NCBI GenBank assembly: GCA_045606105.1
Contig: JAZURI010000002.1
Location: forward strand, 160,001-224,000
Reading direction: 5' to 3'
DNA length: 64,000 bases
DNA from: Spirochaetia bacterium
GTDB lineage: Bacteria > Spirochaetota > Spirochaetia > CADAEX01
Shown here: positions 39,722-48,929 of the stretch, piece after piece
Layout: each line of letters opens with the position of its first letter
Numbering within the stretch: position 1 is the first letter of the stretch
Notes under the pieces: generated by a model
What the model was told of the DNA's origin: nothing
The model's database searches: none
Seen by the model: the letters and a program-made list of their open reading frames with translations, nothing else
Translations under genes and position numbers: made by a program

Positions 39722-41195
39722 TTTTTACCCCATCACTTAATATTTTTATTGCTTTTTGTATTCTGTTATGTGTTGTTTCCCCACCGAGAAGCTTGATAGA
39801 ACCCACAATCGGAGGAGAAATCTTTGTACCTGTAACCGCCACACGGAGCACCATGAGGAAATCTCCGAGCTTTACACCGATCTCACCGCATTTTTCCCTG
39901 AGAAGAGGCTCTATCTCCTCCTCTGTCATGGAAATGAACTGCTCTGTCATGGAATCGAGAACCCTGAGAATCTCTGCAGATCCCTCAGCACTTCCCTTTT
40001 TTGGAATAAGCTCGTTAGGATCGGCAATTTCAGGCTCTCTGAAAAGGAAACCGATGACTTCCGGAATATCGGAAAGATATTTAAGCCTTTCCTTGGCAAG
40101 AGGAACCGCATTCCTGAGAACTGCCTCCTCTTCCGGCTTTACCGGCTGGCTGACAAGTCCGGCCTGAACAAGATATGGCATCAGAAGGGCTGTAAGCTCG
40201 TCATCGCTTTTCTTCCTGATATACTGACCGTTGAACCAGTCCAGCTTCTTGTAGTCGAAGACTCCCGGTGCCTTGTTCAGCTTGTCAAGGGTGAAAAGCT
40301 CCTCAAGCTCTTCTCTTGAAAAGAATTCCCTGCTGTCGTCATAGGACCATCCGATAAGGGAAACATAGTTGAGGATTGCTTCCGGAAGATATCCCTTTGC
40401 CCTGAAATCCCTGAGAGATGTGGAGCCGTGGCGTTTTGAAAGCTTCTGTCCGTCACTTCCCATTACCATAGGAAGATGGCAGTATACCGGAGGCTTCCAT
40501 CCGAAGGCTTCATAGAGGATGACATGGAGAGGAATGGAAGGTACCCACTCCTGAGCCCTGAGGATATGTGTTATCTTCATGAAATGGTCATCAATGATGT
40601 TTGCAAGATGATATGTTGGGAATCCGTCTGACTTGAGCAGGATAGGATCCGGGTTTACATCGCTGTTTTTCTTCTTCATCTTTCCGAGAAGAAAATCCTC
40701 GTATTCGGTATATCCGTCAAGAGGAATCTTCAGTCTGATTACAGGCTTGATTCCTGCATCCTTGTAAACCTGCTGCTCCTCCTCGGTAAGGTCGCGGCAT
40801 TTTCTGTCATAGCCGAATTCCTTTTTCTCCTGCTGCTGCTTTTCCCTGAGCTTTTCAAGCCTCTCGGAGGTACAGTAGCAGTAATATGCATGTCCGCTTT
40901 CCACAAGCTTTCTGGCATATTCCCGGTAAAGCTCCGTTCTCTGGGACTGCACGTAAGGGCCGTATTCTCCCCCCGCTTCAGGTCCCTCGTCCCAGCTGAC
41001 ACCCAGCCATCTGAGAGTGGAATAAAGATCATCCAGCGCCTCGGTCTGATATCTTTCACGGTCTGTATCCTCTATTCTGAGGAGGAATTTACCGCCGTTG
41101 GCCCTGGCAAAAAAATAGTTGAAAAGTGCTGTCCTTACACCGCCGATGTGCTGAAGACCTGTAGGTGAAGGGGCATATCTTACTCTGACTTCCAT
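39714..41195 (-). CDS. gltX: Glutamate--tRNA ligase
   Basis: RYAPSPTGLQHIGG, LRIEDTD and KLSKRHG motifs. Confidence 0.98.
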   Translation of the reverse strand: MEVRVRYAPSPTGLQHIGGVRTALFNYFFARANGGKFLLRIEDTDRERYQTEALDDLYSTLRWLGVSWDEGPEAGGEYGPYVQSQRTELYREYARKLVESGHAYYCYCTSERLEKLREKQQQEKKEFGYDRKCRDLTEEEQQVYKDAGIKPVIRLKIPLDGYTEYEDFLLGKMKKKNSDVNPDPILLKSDGFPTYHLANIIDDHFMKITHILRAQEWVPSIPLHVILYEAFGWKPPVYCHLPMVMGSDGQKLSKRHGSTSLRDFRAKGYLPEAILNYVSLIGWSYDDSREFFSREELEELFTLDKLNKAPGVFDYKKLDWFNGQYIRKKSDDELTALLMPYLVQAGLVSQPVKPEEEAVLRNAVPLAKERLKYLSDIPEVIGFLFREPEIADPNELIPKKGSAEGSAEILRVLDSMTEQFISMTEEEIEPLLREKCGEIGVKLGDFLMVLRVAVTGTKISPPIVGSIKLLGGETTHNRIQKAIKILSDGVKNE

Positions 41196-41209
41196 AAAAA
41201 CCTCTTAAT

Positions 41210-42379
41210 TTATTCCCTGTTCCAGATTCGTCTATAAGAACTGTTTGCTGTATTCTTCCATACTCCGAAGCCATAGGTCATAGCATACAGGTCGAATGTG
41301 ACACCGTCCGGATACATATCCACGAAGAAATTGTTCACAGGGGCAGTACTGATATCAAATGAAAGGTATTCGTAATAATCGGAAAGTACCTCCACAGATC
41401 TTCTCGGTCTGTCCGGATCGAGATGAGAATCCTTGTCGGTTCTAGGATTATGAACCTCATAATACCCTTTGCACCCCGTAATACCCGATCCTATGACAAG
41501 CATCTTGTGTGTGGTGCTTGCAGAAGTAGGTACGTTAAGCAGAGCCATTCCCTGAAGACCGATACCGCTCGGTGTGTTGTCATCGCTCTGGATCCAGGCT
41601 GTGGAGGCTGCGGAGGCAGGTGTATCCACGGCATAGACATAACCTTCGCTGTCTCCCGAATAGAGCCTGTCGTCAACAGTGTCATAGTAAACACGTCCGA
41701 AGATCTCTTCTTCATCCTTCAGCTCACCTGAGCCTTTCCTTGGTGTAAAATCGGTCCAGCTGTTATACTGACCCCTGTAGATCTTGTACTGTGCATTGAG
41801 ATACCGGGTAGTTCCGTCGGAAACGATGTCGAACACACCTGTGGATGTAACATAAAGCTTAGGAAGGGATGTATCCTGGTTGAAGGTTGCTCCCTTGTCT
41901 GTGGAATAATAGAAATTTCCGCTCTTGTCGGAAAGATAGATGATATCGTCAGCAATACTGAGCTTGCATATCTTCCTGTCCACCGGTGTGGGAACCGGGG
42001 TCCATGTACCGGAACCGTCGCCCTGAAAAAGAAGGGTCTCCACATTGTCCTTGTCGTATGAGAGAATGAATATGGTACCGTCGCTGTGAAGGGCCATTTC
42101 TGTAGTATAGTGGCATCCCTGCGGATTAGGAACCCTGTTCCAGTCCAGTTCCCTTCCCTCTGCCTGCTTCTTGAAGATGGTTCCTGCGGCAACATAGAGA
42201 TAACCGCCGGTCTTTATCATTGTATCGGAGGTTACGGAGTTAGGCATGGAATAGTCCTTAACCTTCTCTTCCACGCTGAGACCGTAGAAGATACCTACAT
42301 CACTGTCGTTGCAGGATACGGAAAACAGAAGAAAAACAGCCACGACTGCATTAAGTAATATCTTTTTCATTTCAGCCAC
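41210..42379 (-). CDS. Hypothetical lipoprotein, beta-rich (propeller-like)
   Basis: Lipobox SVSC; repeated short beta strands with W/Y and an S.D.G..F Asp-box-like motif. Confidence 0.7.
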   Translation of the reverse strand: MAEMKKILLNAVVAVFLLFSVSCNDSDVGIFYGLSVEEKVKDYSMPNSVTSDTMIKTGGYLYVAAGTIFKKQAEGRELDWNRVPNPQGCHYTTEMALHSDGTIFILSYDKDNVETLLFQGDGSGTWTPVPTPVDRKICKLSIADDIIYLSDKSGNFYYSTDKGATFNQDTSLPKLYVTSTGVFDIVSDGTTRYLNAQYKIYRGQYNSWTDFTPRKGSGELKDEEEIFGRVYYDTVDDRLYSGDSEGYVYAVDTPASAASTAWIQSDDNTPSGIGLQGMALLNVPTSASTTHKMLVIGSGITGCKGYYEVHNPRTDKDSHLDPDRPRRSVEVLSDYYEYLSFDISTAPVNNFFVDMYPDGVTFDLYAMTYGFGVWKNTANSSYRRIWNRE

Positions 42380-42380
42380 C

Positions 42381-43007
42381 TCAGAACCTGAACATTACAG
42401 ACAATGATGTCTCAAGGAAATTACCGAACATGGTATGATCCGAAGTAACCTTTCCATTGCCGGAATAGATCTGCGGAATGAACCAGTATACGGCATTTAT
42501 ACCGAAAACCCACTCCTCGGAATAATTCCAGTATGCTCCCACTGAAGGCTTGATTATCATGTCGATATGGGCAGCATCATCCAGGATGGAGAGACAGCCG
42601 CCGACTCCCAGGGATACCGGAAATTCAAAGGGATACATCCTGAACCAGTATGTGGCCTTGGCTGTAAGGGGAACCATATAGAGGATTCTGTCGTTGGGAC
42701 TCATGGCAAAGGTACCGCCGAACTCAGCACCGATGGAAACATGGTTGCTGATGAAGGTCTGCCACGAAAGGGATCCTACGCCTCCCAGGGTAAGGTTTGT
42801 ATCCGTGGTGGAGAAATCCTTGTCCATGAAGAAAAGAGGAATGAACAATCCGGCATTGATGAAGAACATCTGGTCGCCGAGACCGTACATTTCCACAAAG
42901 GTATCTTCATCTTCCTCATCAACATCAGGTGCGGCAAAAACCGGCACTGTGATGAATGCTACAATAATCAAAATCAAGAAAAATTTTTTGCTCAAATTAT
43001 ACATCAT
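42381..43007 (-). CDS. TP0733-family outer-membrane beta-barrel protein
   Basis: Signal peptide; GDQMFFINAGLFIPLF; amphipathic strands; FEFPVSLGVG; C-terminal F. Confidence 0.8.
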   Translation of the reverse strand: MMYNLSKKFFLILIIVAFITVPVFAAPDVDEEDEDTFVEMYGLGDQMFFINAGLFIPLFFMDKDFSTTDTNLTLGGVGSLSWQTFISNHVSIGAEFGGTFAMSPNDRILYMVPLTAKATYWFRMYPFEFPVSLGVGGCLSILDDAAHIDMIIKPSVGAYWNYSEEWVFGINAVYWFIPQIYSGNGKVTSDHTMFGNFLETSLSVMFRF

Positions 43008-43054
43008 CAGAAATATATTATTTTATTATTATTTTATCAAGCATTTGGCAGAGC

Positions 43055-43087
43055 AAAAAAAAACCCGGACTAATTACTTAATCCGGG
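43055..43087 (-). terminator. Intrinsic terminator after tRNA-Phe
   Basis: CCCGGA/TCCGGG stem followed by T9 on the minus strand. Confidence 0.75.
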
Positions 43088-43090
43088 ATC

Positions 43091-43163
43091 TGCCACCGAT
43101 CAGAATCGAACTGATGACACGTAGATTTTCAGTCTACTGCTCTACCGACTGAGCTACAGCGGC
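43091..43163 (-). tRNA. tRNA-Phe (GAA), CCA not encoded
   Basis: GCCGCTGTAGCTCAGTCGGTAGAGCAGTAGACTGAAAATCTACGTGTCATCAGTTCGATTCTGATCGGTGGCA folds as a cloverleaf with anticodon GAA. Confidence 0.97.
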
Positions 43164-43229
43164 TTACCGTTGTCATTTATATTACAGCCGTAAAAAAATG
43201 TCAATATGTATTCCGAAAAAATTAAAATT

Positions 43230-43676
43230 TCATCTCGGAAGATTTCCGTTTACCGTTATGCATATACCCTTTACGGAAGGAAAATTGAAGCTGATGGTCT
43301 TTCTGAGAATCGCTGTGCTCTCCTCAAAGGTAAGCCCCGTATGGGATGAGGAAAGGACCGCTTCTATCGATAAATCGGCATATACGGTATCGTTCCTGTA
43401 CAGGAGCCGGTTAAGTCTTGTCCTTTCGGGAAATATGTTGTCACGGACCAGCAGGGAGGAGCCCAGGAGAGCATCCTTCACAAGCAACTCTATATTCTTT
43501 TCGGTATCATGCTTTTCGGCAATCAGGCGATGCTCCATGACCACGGCCCTGGAAACCGGCTCCACAAAAAAAAGGGAACGGTCGGTGAATCTGTTTTCCT
43601 CGGTAAAGAACCATATCACCGAAAATGAAATGAAAACAAACAATGATATAAAATAAATCAGCCACCCTTTTTTCAT
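43230..43676 (-). CDS. GerMN domain-containing protein
   Basis: N-terminal TM; LLGS...FPERTRL...VYADLS...LRKTI..NFPSVKGICITVNG; follows the amidase gene. Confidence 0.75.
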   Translation of the reverse strand: MKKGWLIYFISLFVFISFSVIWFFTEENRFTDRSLFFVEPVSRAVVMEHRLIAEKHDTEKNIELLVKDALLGSSLLVRDNIFPERTRLNRLLYRNDTVYADLSIEAVLSSSHTGLTFEESTAILRKTISFNFPSVKGICITVNGNLPR

Positions 43677-43682
43677 GCCGTC

Positions 43683-44759
43683 CTACTCCGAATGCTCGAA
43701 ATCATATACAAAATCCTGTATCCCATTATAAATGCCTTCGCTGATTTTCTGCAAGTAGCTGTTGCTGTTAAGCAGCTCCGCCTCCTTCGGATTTGAAACA
43801 AATCCCACCTCTATGAGAACAGAAGGCACCTTGGCGTTGCGGACAACAAACCACGATTCCCTTTTTATACCCCGGTTCGGTATTTCACGGCTGATCTTCT
43901 TGTCCATGCCGTCAAGGATTGAGCCGGCCAGTTGGATGCTTTCCCTGGAGAGCTCCTCCTCCGCAATGGTGTTCAGGGCTGTGATAAGGGTCCTGTTGCC
44001 GGAATCCACGCTGCCGGAATCGACCACGGAACGCCTGTATTCGTCAGGCAGACACCATACCTCGAAGCCGTTGGCCTTCTTGTTGAGGGAGGCATTTGCA
44101 TGAACCGATATGAAAAGGATACTCTCGTTGGGCTTCAGCTTTATACTGTTGGCCATCCGGACCCTGTCGTCCAGGCTCGGGAAGGTATCTCCCGTACGGC
44201 TCATTATTATCTTCTTGTCAGGATATTCCCTGGAGAGCATATCCTTCAGCTTCTTTCCGATATTAAGGACAACGGTCTTTTCCATTACCCTCACATTCCG
44301 GCCTCTGATCCTGTGGGTTCCTATGGCACCCGGATCCTTTCCGCCGTGTCCCGGATCTATGAATATGGCAGCCACCCTGTGACCGCTTTTCGTATATACT
44401 GCCCTCTGAGCCGGAACCACCTTGTCATGCTGCCTGACCGCCTCGGCCAGGGAGCCTGAAACCATGAGCATGCCATCTTTCATATAGACAGAGCCGCTGC
44501 CCACCTTTTCAGATGAATCGGCCACCATGAACGGAACCCCGGGCCTGAAGGAATAGGAATATCTGCCGGTCCTCAGCTCACCGTTCTCGCTTCTCGGATC
44601 CCAGATTATCTCCCCTTTCAGCTCATCCGCCAGTGAAAAGATATCCTCGTCCGCTCTGTCTGCCGCGGCGACAGGCAGGGATAAAAGAAGGAAAAGCAGT
44701 ATGATAATGTACCTGATAAAGGATGCTTTCAAATAATTCACCGTTATTACAATGGTCAA
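43683..44759 (-). CDS. N-acetylmuramoyl-L-alanine amidase (Amidase_3); true start probably a few codons downstream
   Basis: IFIDPGHGGKDPGA, EK...L, FISVHANA and SVLIEVGFVSN motifs. Confidence 0.93.
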   Translation of the reverse strand: MTIVITVNYLKASFIRYIIILLFLLLSLPVAAADRADEDIFSLADELKGEIIWDPRSENGELRTGRYSYSFRPGVPFMVADSSEKVGSGSVYMKDGMLMVSGSLAEAVRQHDKVVPAQRAVYTKSGHRVAAIFIDPGHGGKDPGAIGTHRIRGRNVRVMEKTVVLNIGKKLKDMLSREYPDKKIIMSRTGDTFPSLDDRVRMANSIKLKPNESILFISVHANASLNKKANGFEVWCLPDEYRRSVVDSGSVDSGNRTLITALNTIAEEELSRESIQLAGSILDGMDKKISREIPNRGIKRESWFVVRNAKVPSVLIEVGFVSNPKEAELLNSNSYLQKISEGIYNGIQDFVYDFEHSE

Positions 44760-44843
44760 TTATAGTATTTTGCAAGATATCTTGTCAAATGCGGAGCTTT
44801 ATAAATATTATATATATAAATTTATAATAAGGGCTCTTTCTTA

Positions 44844-44872
44844 TTGACTATTTTTCACCCTTGTGGTAACTT
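44844..44872 (+). promoter_or_regulatory. infC operon promoter TTGACT-N17-TAACTT with extended TG
   Basis: -35 at 44844-44849, -10 at 44867-44872. Confidence 0.55.
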
Positions 44873-44916
44873 TTTTAGGCAAATTATCATTTTTACATTA
44901 TTTTTTAGGAGGACTA

Positions 44917-45435
44917 TTGGCTGAAAAAGAGTTAAGAATCAATGAAAACATCAGAGTTAGAGAAGTTAGACTGTTGGATGAGAACAACCAGATGCAGGGT
45001 GTAGTTTCAATCCAGGAGGCACTTACTTTAGCACAGGAGAGGGGCTACGATCTGGTAGAGGTGGCACCCCAGGCAAGTCCGCCGGTCTGCAAGCTGCTGG
45101 ACTACGGAAAGTTTGTTTTCGATCAGGAAAAGAAACTCAAGGAATCAAAGAAAAAGCAGAAGCAGATTAAATTAAAAGAAGTAAGAATGCAGCCATTAAT
45201 AGAAATTCATGATTTGCAGTTCAAGACAAAACATGTAAAAGAATTTCTCGACGAAGGTAACAAAGTTAAGATCACTGTCAGATTCAAGGGTCGCCAGCTT
45301 GCCCACACCGATTTGGGAAGGGATACGCTGAACAAGATTCTGGAGCTTCTGGACGGTGAGTATATCCTTGACAAGCCGCCTATGATGGAAGGTCGGTTTA
45401 TGTCTATGTTATTAAATCCAAAAGGTAAAAAATAG
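44917..45435 (+). CDS. infC: Translation initiation factor IF-3 (TTG start)
   Basis: [20 protein letters not shown]...[11 protein letters not shown] motifs; AGGAGG SD before TTG at 44917. Confidence 0.96.
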   Translation: MAEKELRINENIRVREVRLLDENNQMQGVVSIQEALTLAQERGYDLVEVAPQASPPVCKLLDYGKFVFDQEKKLKESKKKQKQIKLKEVRMQPLIEIHDLQFKTKHVKEFLDEGNKVKITVRFKGRQLAHTDLGRDTLNKILELLDGEYILDKPPMMEGRFMSMLLNPKGKK

Positions 45436-45446
45436 GAGGCTTCAAA

Positions 45447-45644
45447 ATGCCAAAAATGAAGACAAGAAAAGCTGCGGCAAAAAGATATTCTCTTACCGCA
45501 ACCGGCAAGGTAAAATACAAGAAGATGGGTCTGCGCCACATTCTCACAAAGAAATCAACAAAGAGAAAGAGAAACCTCAGACATTCCGGAATTCTCAGCA
45601 AAGCTGAAACAGCAAGAGCTAAAGTATTAATGCCTTACAGCTGA
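45447..45644 (+). CDS. rpmI: 50S ribosomal protein L35
   Basis: [14 protein letters not shown]...[15 protein letters not shown]. Confidence 0.97.
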   Translation: MPKMKTRKAAAKRYSLTATGKVKYKKMGLRHILTKKSTKRKRNLRHSGILSKAETARAKVLMPYS

Positions 45645-45668
45645 ACAAAAAATTAAAGGAGAAGAATT

Positions 45669-46028
45669 ATGCCAAGAGCAGTCGACGGAACAAGACGTCA
45701 TGATAGAAGAAAAAAGATTTTAGAGAGAGCAAAAGGTTACAGAGGTTCCAGAAGCCTTCTTTTCAAGACAGCAAAGGAAACCGTAGCAAGAGCGCTTCAG
45801 AACTCATACGACCACAGAAAGCAGAGAAGAAGAAACTTCAGAGCTCTCTGGATTGCCAGAATTTCAGCTGAATGCAGAAACCAGGGTATCACATACTCAA
45901 GATTCATGAACGGCCTCACAAAGGCAAACATCGTTCTGAACAGAAAAGCCCTTTCCAACATGGCAATCGAGGATAAGGCTGCTTTCACAGCACTTATTGA
46001 AAAAGCAAAGGCTGCACTGGAAGCCTGA
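45669..46028 (+). CDS. rplT: 50S ribosomal protein L20
   Basis: AKGYRG, RRNFRALWIARI and LNRKALS motifs. Confidence 0.97.
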   Translation: MPRAVDGTRRHDRRKKILERAKGYRGSRSLLFKTAKETVARALQNSYDHRKQRRRNFRALWIARISAECRNQGITYSRFMNGLTKANIVLNRKALSNMAIEDKAAFTALIEKAKAALEA

Positions 46029-46048
46029 CATACTGAGGGAGAATCAGC

Positions 46049-46420
46049 ATGAGCACAATCGAACAGATCAGATTACTTGCGGGAAAAATTGAAAAGGCCG
46101 TTGAAACAATCAAGGCATTCAAGGCTGAAAACATCCGGCTCAAGGAAGAGCTGGCAAAGGCTAAAGCAAGGGAAGAGGAGCTGGAAAACCTCGTCGCATC
46201 ATACAAAAGCGGAAGCGAAGATGTGGATGACGGAATTGCATATGCAATCAAGCTTCTTGATGAAATCGAACTGGAAGATTCTGCCGCTGCTCCCGAAATT
46301 ATTCCTGCCGAAGAGCTCAACCGGGCTCAGGCAGAGAATTTTACCCTTTCTGCACAGGAAGAAGAGAGCCTGGATATCGATCTGGATAACAGCGGCAGCG
46401 AGCAGCTTAACATTTTCTGA
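46049..46420 (+). CDS. zapB: ZapB-like coiled-coil cell division protein
   Basis: N-terminal coiled coil (LAGKIEKAVETI...ENIRLKEEL); acidic tail ending QLNIF; precedes zapA. Confidence 0.65.
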   Translation: MSTIEQIRLLAGKIEKAVETIKAFKAENIRLKEELAKAKAREEELENLVASYKSGSEDVDDGIAYAIKLLDEIELEDSAAAPEIIPAEELNRAQAENFTLSAQEEESLDIDLDNSGSEQLNIF

Positions 46421-46431
46421 TTCCTGACTGT

Positions 46432-46716
46432 ATGAAAAATACTGTAAAGATCAATTTATTGGGTTCATCCTTCACCATCAAGGTTGATGATGAACCTGAA
46501 TATGTCAATAAAATCGTCGCTTATGCCGATGAGCGGATAAAAAAGATTCAATCAACAATTACTAACGAAAATCCCTTGAGAATATCTTTATTAGCGTGTA
46601 TATTTATAATAGATGAGCTTTTTAAGGAACGTGATTTTTCCGAAAGGGAAAGAAAGAGGATTGCGGATATCACGGAACAGCTTATCAGCAGTATAGATTC
46701 TGCTATAGAAGAATAA
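46432..46716 (+). CDS. zapA: Cell division protein ZapA
   Basis: INLLGSSFTIK.D.EPEYV.KI..Y.DE.I...LRISLLAC..I.DELFK. Confidence 0.88.
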   Translation: MKNTVKINLLGSSFTIKVDDEPEYVNKIVAYADERIKKIQSTITNENPLRISLLACIFIIDELFKERDFSERERKRIADITEQLISSIDSAIEE

Positions 46717-46721
46717 TATTT

Positions 46722-46885
46722 GCCTGCGGAGTTCGGGCGGAGTGGAAATCTCTTGGGACAAACTATAATATAGGGATTTTTTATACAATAATTGAAGCTC
46801 TTTCGCAGAGTATTCATGATATTGAACTACTAAAAACCCACGTGAACATTAGTTCAAGAGATTATCTCCAAGCGGCTTTGCGGGT
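46722..46885 (+). ncRNA. ssrS: 6S RNA
   Basis: Directly after zapA (conserved synteny). Folds into a long rod: CCTGCGGAGT/GCTTTGCGGG, AATCTCTTG/CAAGAGATT, central A-rich bubble, GGATTTTTTA/TAAAAACCC, apical GCTCT/AGAGT. Confidence 0.85.
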
Positions 46886-46909
46886 TTTTTATAATAAAAC
46901 GGAGAACCG

Positions 46910-47746
46910 ATGACCAGATATCTTGCATTAACGGCTTTTACCTTATGTCTGCTTTTCTCTTCCTGTGCCACATTGTCAGAAACAGGTACAACCGGCTCTT
47001 CCGAAACATCTCAGTCTGAAACAGTTGAAAAATTCCAAAAAAAGCATGTCCCTATAAAGGAAATCAGGAGACAGAACGGTCTTATCATGTCCTACTCTGT
47101 TTTCAAGTACGGAAACGACAGGTATACTCCTGCAGAAATAAACATCTATGACAGGCACAGCATCCTTACCGAAAAGATCCTTACCGAAAAGCTCGGTATC
47201 AGAACCGAAAAAAAGAGTTTTATGGATGCAGACAACAATATCCACAGATACTATGTCATCACCAGGGACGAAAAGGGAAATATCGTGGAGCAGATTCTTT
47301 TCGGAGGCTCCAACCGCCTCATTGCCGTGGAGGAGTTTGTCTACGATGACCTGGGAAACAAAACTGAATGGAGAGCCTACAACAGCAGCGAGGTTCTTCT
47401 TACCTTCAACAGATATCAATATGAAAACGGCCTCAATACAAGAACCGACAGCTATCATGCAGACGGTACACCGGCAGAATATTTCATAAACAGATACGAC
47501 AGGGCCGGAAACCTGACAGTCACCGAACATTATGACAGTTCCGGCCGGCTGCTGGGAATCCACAGGACCACATACAAGAACGGTCTGATTTTCAGGGAGG
47601 AATCCCTGGGAAAGAACAAGGAAACCGAGTGGTACATTACCTACATATACAGCGACCAGTACAGAAAGGTGACAAAAACCACATGGTCGGCCTCAGGTGA
47701 GGAACTGGAACAGGTAGAACAGACCTGTATCCTTCTGGACAGATAA
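46910..47746 (+). CDS. Hypothetical lipoprotein with YD-like beta repeats
   Basis: Lipobox FSSC; ~23-aa repeats YDDLGN / YENGL / YDRAGN / YKNGL. Confidence 0.7.
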   Translation: MTRYLALTAFTLCLLFSSCATLSETGTTGSSETSQSETVEKFQKKHVPIKEIRRQNGLIMSYSVFKYGNDRYTPAEINIYDRHSILTEKILTEKLGIRTEKKSFMDADNNIHRYYVITRDEKGNIVEQILFGGSNRLIAVEEFVYDDLGNKTEWRAYNSSEVLLTFNRYQYENGLNTRTDSYHADGTPAEYFINRYDRAGNLTVTEHYDSSGRLLGIHRTTYKNGLIFREESLGKNKETEWYITYIYSDQYRKVTKTTWSASGEELEQVEQTCILLDR

Positions 47747-47755
47747 GGGGGAATC

Positions 47756-48928
47756 ATGAAAAAGCTTTCAATCATCATGATTTTAATCCTTCTTCATACC
47801 TTCTCCGCCTATGCCGGGGACCATGCAAGAAATGCAGCATGGCTCAGAATAATGAACAGCTCCGAATTCGAATACAGAACCGAAATACTCAATACTGTTT
47901 TCGATGAAAATGACCGCTATGTAAAAAAAGCCCTTCTGAACGACCTTCAGGAAAGCATGCACGGAAACAAGTTTGCCCACGTGGCTCCCGACAAGCTGGA
48001 AAACTATCAGGGAATGATTGTACGGAGACTTGGAATCCTGAATGACAAGGCCTCTGCGGAAAACATATATTATTTAATGGAAAATACCGGTAATTCCGCA
48101 CTGAAACGGGAAGCGGTCACCGCTTTGGGTAAAATCGGAGCAGTCAGATACGGAAATACCATTACCGACATGCTTACCGAGGCAAATTCAAGACAGTATT
48201 TCCTTACGGAATCAGGATATGTAAATGCGGCAGAAGAAAATGCCCTTGATGCGGCAGCTGCGGTTGATGCAATAGAGAACATGTATCTTGAACAGAGCTA
48301 TGAACCGGTTTTCAGGGCATATGCCTGCGGATACCCGAAGGAGAGCAATGTTGCGTCAAAAGCGGAAAAGGTTCTTTTTTCACTTTCCCCCAACCCTACC
48401 TCTGAACTGAAGAAAATAGCATCGAAGGAAAACAATCCTGAAATGCTGGGTCATATACTGGATATCCATGAAGCATCCGAAGCCACATTGCAAGAAAAGG
48501 GAGAAATTGCCTCCGTTATTCTTAACAAGGCTGCTGAAAACGGATTCCTTCCGGGAAATTATATTGAAAGAAGCTGTTACCTGATAGAAAAAGGGGGAAC
48601 CGGCGTATCCGGAGGAGACAAGGCAGTCAAGGCTGTTCTCGAAGGAGACATTGATAGGGATATTACCGAAAGAATAATTGCAATTGCCCCGCTCTGCAAA
48701 AACGGAATCAAGGAGTTGGATTCATATCTCCGGAACCAGATAAAGCTGAATCAGACTGGCAAAGGGGATTTCGGCCAGAGGGAAAAGATTGTGGCTGTAA
48801 TAAATACTTTCGGAAATACCGGCTCCAGAGAACATCTCAACACACTGATCAGAGTCAGAACGGCAGGATGGCCTGAAAACATAGTTTCGGCCACTGAACA
48901 GGCTATTGACAAAATACTGGACAGATAA
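47756..48928 (+). CDS. Secreted HEAT-repeat protein
   Basis: Signal peptide; LKREAVTALGKIG and other helical repeats. Confidence 0.7.
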   Translation: MKKLSIIMILILLHTFSAYAGDHARNAAWLRIMNSSEFEYRTEILNTVFDENDRYVKKALLNDLQESMHGNKFAHVAPDKLENYQGMIVRRLGILNDKASAENIYYLMENTGNSALKREAVTALGKIGAVRYGNTITDMLTEANSRQYFLTESGYVNAAEENALDAAAAVDAIENMYLEQSYEPVFRAYACGYPKESNVASKAEKVLFSLSPNPTSELKKIASKENNPEMLGHILDIHEASEATLQEKGEIASVILNKAAENGFLPGNYIERSCYLIEKGGTGVSGGDKAVKAVLEGDIDRDITERIIAIAPLCKNGIKELDSYLRNQIKLNQTGKGDFGQREKIVAVINTFGNTGSREHLNTLIRVRTAGWPENIVSATEQAIDKILDR

Positions 48929-48929
48929 G

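Noticed and set aside
37159-41195. T-box leaders for the tyrS/glyQS/gltX cluster
   Set aside because: The genes overlap or are at most 14 bp apart, leaving no leader space.
43091-43230. tRNA-Phe as an integration site
   Set aside because: No integrase, att duplication or foreign island next to it.
44863-44916. N-terminal extension of IF-3 / L20 leader RNA
   Set aside because: The GTG lies within the promoter and the SD points to TTG 44917. The ~40-nt U-rich leader shows no L20-leader structure.
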